Source of the DNA: a virus | Virus record (IMG/VR): IMGVR_UViG_3300028628_000030 | Coordinates: 1-27,555 of that record | Length of the DNA stretch: 27,555 nt | Strand: one strand, 5' to 3' | Shown here: positions 21,607-27,555 of the stretch, piece after piece | Numbering within the stretch: the first letter of the stretch is position 1 | Layout of the letters: the number at the start of each line of letters is the position of its first letter | Program-made: the position numbers and the translations under genes | Notes under the pieces: model-generated | Database searches by the model: none | Told to the model about the DNA's origin: nothing | The model's input: the letters and a program-made list of their open reading frames with translations, nothing else

Positions 21607-22117
21607 GGCCACTAACCTCATCATCAAGCTCGGCCTCGAGGAGCAGGCCGGCCAGCTCGCTGCCGACCCCACCATGAACCCGGGAAAGATCGCCACAGAG
21701 CTCTCCCGCATCTCCGGGCAGAAGATCTCCCGGGGTTCGGTCCTCCGCTACCTCCAGGCCAACAGCGATCCGGTCCAGAAGGCTGTCAAGGCCCGAGAAG
21801 AGATCGTCACCCGGGCAGTCAACGAGCGCCTCGACACCGTCGCCCAGCTCCGGGAGATCAATGACAGGGCCACCGACATCCTCAAGGCCACCCTGGATGA
21901 CGATCCGCGGACCGCCATCCTCGCCCTTCGCGAGATCCGGGAGCAACTCGCCCTGCAGGCCAAGCTCCTCGGCGACCTGCCCCCTGACGGCGCCGTCATC
22001 ATCAACATCCTGCAGAACCCCCTCTTCGTCCAGTACCAGACCCTCGTCGAGGAGGTGATGTGCCCTGCCTGTCGCGACCGCCTCCGAGCCCGCCTCCGTG
22101 AGGTCGCTCGCCCATAA
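21605..22117 (+). CDS. Putative terminase small subunit
   Basis: N-terminal HTH, helical core, C-terminal CPAC; overlaps the terL start. Confidence 0.6.
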   Translation: MATNLIIKLGLEEQAGQLAADPTMNPGKIATELSRISGQKISRGSVLRYLQANSDPVQKAVKAREEIVTRAVNERLDTVAQLREINDRATDILKATLDDDPRTAILALREIREQLALQAKLLGDLPPDGAVIINILQNPLFVQYQTLVEEVMCPACRDRLRARLREVARP

Positions 22118-23522
22118 CCTCCTGCTCCGCACCGACCTCTCCTACTACACCGAGCACACCTCGCACGGCCTCTGGAAGCCCGCAAAGCACCTGGACTTCC
22201 TCTGCCGCAAGCTCGAGGCCGTCGAGCGCGGAGAGATCAAACGCCTCATCGTGACCATGCCTCCCCGGTATGGCAAGAGCGAAGTCATCTCCAAATCCTT
22301 CCCCTCCTGGTGCCTCGGCAAGCACCCCGACTGGGACATCATGATCACCTCCTACGGTGCAGCCCTCGCCGAAGCCCACTCCGAAGTGTGCCGTGACCGG
22401 TTCGAGGAGTTCGCCCCCGAGATCTTCGGAGTCAGCCTCTCCAAAAGTTCCTCCTCCGTCAAAGAGTGGAGCGTCGAAGGCCACCGGGGCACCGTCGTTG
22501 CAGCCGGCGTCGACGGGGCCCTGACCGGCAAGGGCGCTCACATCGCTATCATCGACGACCCCATCAAGAACATGAAGGAGGCCCGGTCCCCCACCGTCCG
22601 GGAGACCGTCAAGGAGTGGTATCGAACCACTCTCCGGACCCGTCTCGCGCCGGGCGGGGCCATCATCCTGGTCCAGACCCGGTGGCACCAGGACGACCTG
22701 GCCGGCTACCTCCTCCACGAGATGGAGGCCGGCACCGGGGAGCAGTGGGAAGTCTTCAACCTCCCCGCGATCGCCGAGGACGACGACCCCCTCGGCCGGG
22801 CCCCCGGCGAACCCCTCTGGCCGGAGCGGTTCTCGCTCGAGGACCTGGAGGCCACCATGGGCTCAATCACCCTCTACGAGTGGAACGCCCTCTACCAGCA
22901 GCACCCCAGCGACCCCGAAGGCGGGCTCTTCAAGCGCGAATACTTCCGTTACTACTCCACCGCAGAGGGAGGCGTCTACACCCTCCATACCCCCGAGGGC
23001 GACCGCCACCTCGCCCGGGAATCCCTCACCATCTTTCAGACCTGTGATCCCGCTGGCAGCCTCAAGTCTTCTGCAGACTGGTTCGTCATCTCGACCTGGG
23101 GTAAGTCTCAGGCCGGAGACCTCCTCCTCCTGGATGTCTTCAGGACCCGGGTCGAGGGGCCCGACCACCTGGCGAACCTCACGAGCCAGGCCGCGAAGTG
23201 GCGGCCGGTAAAGATCGGCGTCGAGCCTGCAAACCTCGGGAAGACCACCTATCAGGCCGCGGTCCGGAGCGGCCTGCCGGTCGTCGAGCTCAAGCCGGAC
23301 GCTGACAAGTACACCCGGGCCCTCACCGTCGCCGCATACTACGAGCACGGGACAGTCTGGCATCCCCGGGACGCACCCTGGCTCGACGTGTGGGAGGAAG
23401 AGCTCGCCGCGTTCCCCACCGGCGCCCACGACGACCAGGTTGACACCGCGGCTTACGCCGGCATCATGTTCTTCAAGATGCCCACCCGGGCGAAGATCTC
23501 CTCCCCGGACGACATCCTCTAG
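22098..23522 (+). CDS. terL: Terminase large subunit
   Basis: RLIVTMPPRYGKS (Walker A), IIDDPIK (Walker B), ILVQTRWHQDD (coupling motif), DPA and HDDQVD nuclease acidic residues. Confidence 0.95.
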   Translation: MRSLAHNLLLRTDLSYYTEHTSHGLWKPAKHLDFLCRKLEAVERGEIKRLIVTMPPRYGKSEVISKSFPSWCLGKHPDWDIMITSYGAALAEAHSEVCRDRFEEFAPEIFGVSLSKSSSSVKEWSVEGHRGTVVAAGVDGALTGKGAHIAIIDDPIKNMKEARSPTVRETVKEWYRTTLRTRLAPGGAIILVQTRWHQDDLAGYLLHEMEAGTGEQWEVFNLPAIAEDDDPLGRAPGEPLWPERFSLEDLEATMGSITLYEWNALYQQHPSDPEGGLFKREYFRYYSTAEGGVYTLHTPEGDRHLARESLTIFQTCDPAGSLKSSADWFVISTWGKSQAGDLLLLDVFRTRVEGPDHLANLTSQAAKWRPVKIGVEPANLGKTTYQAAVRSGLPVVELKPDADKYTRALTVAAYYEHGTVWHPRDAPWLDVWEEELAAFPTGAHDDQVDTAAYAGIMFFKMPTRAKISSPDDIL

Positions 23523-23539
23523 CCGACTTTCCTTTTTTA
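23523..23539 (+). promoter_or_regulatory. Late-promoter-like motif (CCGACTTTCC-TTTTTT-A)
   Basis: ATG 23563 lies 24 nt after the A; downstream CCCGACCCT...GCATG is shared with the 3810 copy. Confidence 0.65.
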
Positions 23540-23562
23540 GGCCCCTGCCCGACCCTGCAGGC

Positions 23563-24999
23563 ATGAAACTCCTCAAAGCGCTCTCCCGCTCCTTCTCCAG
23601 AGCGTCCCCCCCGGCCATGATGATGGATCTCAGCGCCTTCCCTGCCGACGGTGACGAGGACGTCGTCTCGAAGCGTAGCGTCTACGACCCGCACTTCATC
23701 CCTCCGGAGGGCTGGGACGCCTGGTCCGAGTGGGCCGCCGAGCAGGGGAAGATCGCCCGCATCATCAACACCCTCGCGAAATCGACGATGTCGTTCACGC
23801 TCAAAAGCCAGGACAAAGACTGCCAGGACCTCTGCAACGCGATGACCCGGAGCACTCACCTGCACACCGCCCTCCTCACCAGCGCCAGGTACTGGCACAT
23901 CTACGGCAGGGTCTTCATCGAGCCGGTCTGGGCGACCACCTCGAAGACCGCCCTGGCGAAGATCCGGAACCTCTATCCCCCGAGCGTCATGGTCTATCGC
24001 AACTCCGAGGCCGACATCCAGAATCTCAAGGCCGCACTCAAGGACACGGTATACGAACCGTATGCCGCCAGCCTCAAGGCCGGGAACGGGGACACTGTCA
24101 TCGGGTATCTTCAGAACTACGTCCCTCACAACGCGAAGAACGAAAGCATGGTCTTCTTCCGCCCCGACGAACTCATCTTCATCCCCCGGTACCCCAGCGC
24201 CCGGCACCCGAACGGCATCAGCCTGCCGGCGCAGAACTATATCCTCATCATGAACAAGCTCGGCATGGAGAAGGACCAGGCGATCATGGTCAAGCGTCAC
24301 GGCGACCCCAAGCACAAGTTCTTCATTCCGGCCGACACCTGGGACGACCCGGCCGAGCGGGACATGCTGAAGAAAGGGTTCAAGAAAGGGATCCGTGCCG
24401 GGCTTGACTTCTTCTTCCGGTCCGGAGAGACCAATCAGGACAAGATGGACGTCGACCTCGTCGAGCCGAAAGGCAACCCCGCCGCCGTCTCCAAGGCCAT
24501 CGACCACCTCGAAAACCAGTTCAATGCCGCGATGTGCTGGGCCGACTCCTTCAACGAGTCCGGCTCCTCCAACCGCTCGGTCGGCTACATCCAGCTTGCC
24601 TTCTTCGAGCGCGAGATCACCCCGGAGCGCCGGTTCTTCGCCGAGATCCTCGAAGACCAGCTCCTCGCCCCCTGGCTGCAGGCGAACGGCTACGCCCCCG
24701 ACGACGCCTGGTTCGAGTTCGAGGACCTCACCCCCGAAGACCGGCTGCAGAAGGCCGCAATCATCGCCCCCCTCCTCCCCTACCTCCCGGCCAGTGTTGC
24801 TGAGAAGTTCCTGGAGGATATGGGCTACCCGATCGACGGTGCCGGCGGAACCCCCGCAGCGGCGCCCGAACAGACTCCCTACTACAGCTTGAAAGGGGTC
24901 CCGCAACCCGTCAGCCGGGGCACCCGGCCTGTGCGGGACCAGCTCCGCCAGGAGATCGAGGACATCGCGGAGGAGGTCCGCGACGTCCTGGGGTACTGA
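23563..24999 (+). CDS. Portal protein
   Basis: About 478 aa between terL and gpF-like genes; YWHIYGRVFIE, FxPDELI and amphipathic helices typical of portals; assigned mainly by synteny. Confidence 0.75.
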   Translation: MKLLKALSRSFSRASPPAMMMDLSAFPADGDEDVVSKRSVYDPHFIPPEGWDAWSEWAAEQGKIARIINTLAKSTMSFTLKSQDKDCQDLCNAMTRSTHLHTALLTSARYWHIYGRVFIEPVWATTSKTALAKIRNLYPPSVMVYRNSEADIQNLKAALKDTVYEPYAASLKAGNGDTVIGYLQNYVPHNAKNESMVFFRPDELIFIPRYPSARHPNGISLPAQNYILIMNKLGMEKDQAIMVKRHGDPKHKFFIPADTWDDPAERDMLKKGFKKGIRAGLDFFFRSGETNQDKMDVDLVEPKGNPAAVSKAIDHLENQFNAAMCWADSFNESGSSNRSVGYIQLAFFEREITPERRFFAEILEDQLLAPWLQANGYAPDDAWFEFEDLTPEDRLQKAAIIAPLLPYLPASVAEKFLEDMGYPIDGAGGTPAAAPEQTPYYSLKGVPQPVSRGTRPVRDQLRQEIEDIAEEVRDVLGY

Positions 25000-25000
25000 C

Positions 25001-25834
25001 ATGCTCCCGTCAGAAGAAGAGCTCCTGGAGGCCCTCGCCGCCCTCATCGTCCGGAGGTCCGACGGCGCGAAGCGGCGGACCGTCGAGGTCCTCGCCCGTT
25101 ACCTCACCGTCGCCTACGAGATCGGCGGTCAGCAGGCAGGCAAGGAAGTCGGCACCATCGTCCCCATCGGGCTCGACGGTCTTGACCCCGTGCTCAACCG
25201 GCTTGCACCCGTGCTCGACGAGACCTTCGACAACCTCTCCGGAGAACTCACCGGCATCATCGATCAGGGGATCCGCAAGAACAGCACCTACGCCGAGGTC
25301 AGAAACCAGCTCGTCGAGAAACTGAACGGCGGATGGGGCAAGTCCGTCACCTTCACCCGGGCCGGCGAGACCCGCCGCTACGTGTACGTCGCCCCGGACG
25401 GCACTCTGTCATGGCGGACCCGGACCATCACCCGGAACGTCACCATCCCCACCGAGACCTATGCCGACACCCTCTCCCGCACGAACCTCAAGGCCGCCTG
25501 GGCGGAAGGCCACCGGGAACGGTATCGGCAGTCCGGCCGGAAGGGCTGGGTCTTCATGGCCGTCGCCGACGAGCGGACCCGGCCGCACCACCTCGCCCTC
25601 CACGGCAGGGTCTTCATCTTCGGCACCGAGGAAGAGGCGATGGCCATGGCCATCATGGAAGAGCCGAACTGCCGCTGCCGGCCGAGAGCCTGGTTCGACG
25701 ACCCCGCCCTCGACCGCGACCCGGCGAAGTATCTCGAAGAACGGCAGAGGTGGGCGAGGGCCGCCCAGGAAGACTTCCCGGCCGGATCCCCCTGGCAGAA
25801 GTTCCTGGACGGCGTCATCGCCGCCCCCGCCTGA
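25001..25834 (+). CDS. Mu gpF / SPP1 gp7-like head morphogenesis protein
   Basis: WVFMAVADERTRPHHLALHG...PNCRC motif. Confidence 0.85.
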   Translation: MLPSEEELLEALAALIVRRSDGAKRRTVEVLARYLTVAYEIGGQQAGKEVGTIVPIGLDGLDPVLNRLAPVLDETFDNLSGELTGIIDQGIRKNSTYAEVRNQLVEKLNGGWGKSVTFTRAGETRRYVYVAPDGTLSWRTRTITRNVTIPTETYADTLSRTNLKAAWAEGHRERYRQSGRKGWVFMAVADERTRPHHLALHGRVFIFGTEEEAMAMAIMEEPNCRCRPRAWFDDPALDRDPAKYLEERQRWARAAQEDFPAGSPWQKFLDGVIAAPA

Positions 25835-25847
25835 CCTTTTTTTATAT
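25827..25847 (+). promoter_or_regulatory. Late-promoter-like motif variant (CCGCCTGACC-TTTTTTT-ATAT)
   Basis: 7/10 match to the consensus 10-mer; ATG 25871 lies 27 nt after the A. Confidence 0.55.
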
Positions 25848-25870
25848 CCTCAATTCGGCCACGCCTTACT

Positions 25871-26836
25871 ATGAGCACAGGACCCCGAATCTTCGATCTG
25901 ACGTTCCGGGCCGTGGACTGCATCGTCCCGCCCGACTCGGCAGACCTCGCCAAGGAAAAAGAAGGGGGCGCCGTCAAGCGCCGGGTGGTGGCCATCACCG
26001 AAGGCAAGTGGAACGACACCGTCTTCCGCCCCGACGAACTGGACAAAGTCCCGGAGAACACCGAGCGGAGGAAAGGGCGGGATGCCCGGAAGAACCTGAA
26101 CGTCCCCCTGGTCATCGACCACTCCGACGACCTCCTCAAGCGCATCGGCACGACGTTAGCCATGACCACCGGGACCGTCGAGAAGGATGGAAAACAGATC
26201 AAGGCCCTCATCCTGGACCACGAGTTCCAGCAGACCACGTCCGTCCAGAAGGACGTCGTCGCCCTGGTCAAGGCGAAGCCCGACGAGATCCTCTTCTCCA
26301 TCCGTGCCGGCGGGGACCTCAAGTACGACGGCGTGACCAGCGAATACTACTGGACGGACCTCTGGGTCGACCACAACTCCGTCGTCACCAGCCCAGCCTG
26401 CGCGAACACCGGCATCGTAGAAGAGCTCGCGAAGAAGAGATCCGACTCTCCTTTTTATGTCGCACCCGAAAATCTCACAGGCATGGAACCCGCAGACTTC
26501 GAAAAGCGGCTCACCTCTCTCGAACAGTCCGTCGGCAAGATCGTCTCCTACCAGGAGAAGCAGATCGCCGACCAGGCTGCGAAGGAGCAGGCCGCCGCTC
26601 AGGAAGATCTCATGGAGCGGGCTGATACCCTCGCCGCGATCTTCGCGCTCGACCCCGAGGCACCCAGGCCGTTCCTCAAGACCCTCAACAAGGACCAGCT
26701 CAAGACCTACAAGGCCGACCTCGAACGCCGTAAGGCCGCGGCCGCCCCGCCTGCCGACGGGAAGGGCCAGGCCGGCGGTGCAGCCTCCACCGAGCTCTCG
26801 CTCGAGCAGAAGGCCGCCAAGTTCCTGGAGGGGTAA
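25871..26836 (+). CDS. Prohead protease with C-terminal scaffold domain
   Basis: AITEG.WN, PLVIDH...IG (His), FSI (Ser), DHNSVVTSPAC; C-terminal coiled coil. Confidence 0.75.
   Translation: MSTGPRIFDLTFRAVDCIVPPDSADLAKEKEGGAVKRRVVAITEGKWNDTVFRPDELDKVPENTERRKGRDARKNLNVPLVIDHSDDLLKRIGTTLAMTTGTVEKDGKQIKALILDHEFQQTTSVQKDVVALVKAKPDEILFSIRAGGDLKYDGVTSEYYWTDLWVDHNSVVTSPACANTGIVEELAKKRSDSPFYVAPENLTGMEPADFEKRLTSLEQSVGKIVSYQEKQIADQAAKEQAAAQEDLMERADTLAAIFALDPEAPRPFLKTLNKDQLKTYKADLERRKAAAAPPADGKGQAGGAASTELSLEQKAAKFLEG
26442..26457 (+). promoter_or_regulatory. Intragenic late-promoter-like motif (CCGACTCTCC-TTTTT-A)
   Basis: Inside the protease ORF; in-frame ATG 26483 lies 26 nt after the A. Confidence 0.6.
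26483..26836 (+). CDS. Nested in-frame scaffolding protein (117 aa)
   Basis: MEPADFEKRLTSLEQSVGKIV..., coiled coil with Ala/Pro linker and short C-terminal helix; has its own promoter motif. Confidence 0.6.
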   Translation: MEPADFEKRLTSLEQSVGKIVSYQEKQIADQAAKEQAAAQEDLMERADTLAAIFALDPEAPRPFLKTLNKDQLKTYKADLERRKAAAAPPADGKGQAGGAASTELSLEQKAAKFLEG

Positions 26837-26842
26837 GCAACC

Positions 26843-27555
26843 ATGGCTGGAGCAGTTACCTCGCCGGTCGCCTACGACCTCACGGTCGCCGGGCTGCCGG
26901 CGAAAGTCTACAGCACCGACATCACCCCGGATGCAGATGGCTTCTACTACAAGGCCGGGCAGCTCGTGGAGATCGTCGCCGACGAGACCATCAAGGTCGC
27001 CTCAACCGCCGGGGCCGCCATCGGGATCCTCGATGACAGCATCACCGTCAAGACCAACCCGAACGGCCTCGACGGCCGCACCCGGGTCACCGTCCTGCCG
27101 TTCGGCTACCGCCGGGTCCTCCGGATGACCGCCGAAGGCGACCTCACTGCCGGCACCCGGGTCTGCCAGGGCACCACTTCCAAGCAGGCCGTCAAGGCGA
27201 TGGCGGACCTCGCTGCCACGCTCACCGTGGACGCGAGCGAGCTTGCAGCCGCCACCACCGTCGACGCCACGGGCCTGACAGCAGCCACCACCGTCGACGC
27301 CACGGGCCTGACAGCCGCCACCACCGTCGACGCCACGGGCCTGACAGCCGCCACCACCGTCGACGCTACCGCCCTCGCAGGCAGCATCCCGGTCGACTCT
27401 ACCCCAGTCCAGTCCGACGCGGCCCAGCCGACAGTGGCCATCACCGGTGACGTCACCGCAGCGACCACTCTCTCGGGAGACGTCACCGCAGCGACCACTC
27501 TCTCGGGAGACGTCACCGCAGCGACCACTCTCTCGGGAGACGTCACCGCAGCGAC
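26843..27555 (+). CDS. Capsid decoration/cement-like protein with Thr/Ala-rich tandem repeats (3' truncated)
   Basis: GGAGGGG RBS, ATG 26843, frame open to window end; YKAGQLV.I, AIGIL, AEGDLTAGTRV pattern resembles head-decoration (DUF2190-like) proteins; located after the scaffold. Confidence 0.6.
   Translation, partial: MAGAVTSPVAYDLTVAGLPAKVYSTDITPDADGFYYKAGQLVEIVADETIKVASTAGAAIGILDDSITVKTNPNGLDGRTRVTVLPFGYRRVLRMTAEGDLTAGTRVCQGTTSKQAVKAMADLAATLTVDASELAAATTVDATGLTAATTVDATGLTAATTVDATGLTAATTVDATALAGSIPVDSTPVQSDAAQPTVAITGDVTAATTLSGDVTAATTLSGDVTAATTLSGDVTAA
27248..27370 (+). repeat. 33-bp tandem repeat x3.7 (AATTVDATGLT)
   Basis: Units 27248-27280, 27281-27313, 27314-27346 plus a partial unit; one synonymous difference among the full units. 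Confidence 0.9.
27449..27555 (+). repeat. 30-bp perfect tandem repeat x3.6+ (DVTAATTLSG), runs off window end
   Basis: GACGTCACCGCAGCGACCACTCTCTCGGGA at 27449, 27479, 27509 and partial at 27539. Confidence 0.9.

Larger units (their letters stand above)
1..27555 (+). mobile_element. Tailed archaeal virus/provirus segment (contractile-tail type), partial genome
   Basis: Baseplate J, PAAR, spike, terminase, portal, gpF-like and protease genes in phage synteny; no host housekeeping gene recognised; both window ends fall inside viral ORFs. Confidence 0.9.

Noticed and set aside
6247-23522. Genome-wide amber (TAG) recoding
   Set aside because: TAG ends terL (followed soon by another in-frame stop) and the AbrB-type gene, and no gene appears interrupted by TAG; only the avd-RT case is noted.
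363-27546. Many long minus-strand and alternate-frame ORFs (e.g. 1906..3603, 4217..5311, 12315..13259, 23473..25047, 12119..13333, 25333..26625)
   Set aside because: They are shadows of GC-rich codon bias overlapping better-supported + strand genes, with no recognisable motifs or RBS.
27248-27555. Possible CRISPR array (30-33 bp repeats)
   Set aside because: Repeats are head-to-tail with no unique spacers, lengths are multiples of 3 within an open frame, and no cas genes are present.
1-27555. Second DGR target (additional VR)
   Set aside because: By eye I found no other copy of the TR-constant segments (GCTGCCCTACGGGGC, GGGTTCCGCGGCGC); a blastn of the TR against the full genome is needed to exclude remote targets.

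Overview
The window is a contiguous, almost entirely + strand segment of a GC-rich tailed virus or provirus with a contractile (myovirus-type) tail. Archaeal signals (TATA-box promoters, leaderless starts, GGAGG/GGTGA ribosome-binding sites, an Hjc-like resolvase, many Zn-finger microproteins, an archaeal-type tRNA 3' fragment) suggest an archaeal host; a Methanomicrobiales-like methanogen is my guess, not a result. Layout: baseplate and tail genes (1-4513); a complete diversity-generating retroelement (DGR) with a C-type-lectin-fold tail-fibre target, VR 5767-5877, avd, TR 6285-6395 and RT (4520-7599); a tRNA 3' fragment and a wHTH + Mrr-like nuclease (8010-9349); a long translationally coupled early operon with an iteron-bearing putative initiator gene (9213-20438); a divergent AbrB-type switch (20435-20704); and packaging/head genes (terminase, portal, gpF-like, protease/scaffold, repeat-bearing decoration protein, cut by the window end). 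The strongest signals are the DGR (15 of 17 TR/VR mismatches at TR adenines), apparent near-cognate start codons on both DGR machinery genes (CTG for avd, ACG for RT), a recurring late-promoter motif CCGACYYTCC-T5-7-A that also reveals a nested scaffold gene, and a 10-copy ACCGGACAT iteron array. All product calls come from motif reading and synteny, with no database searches.
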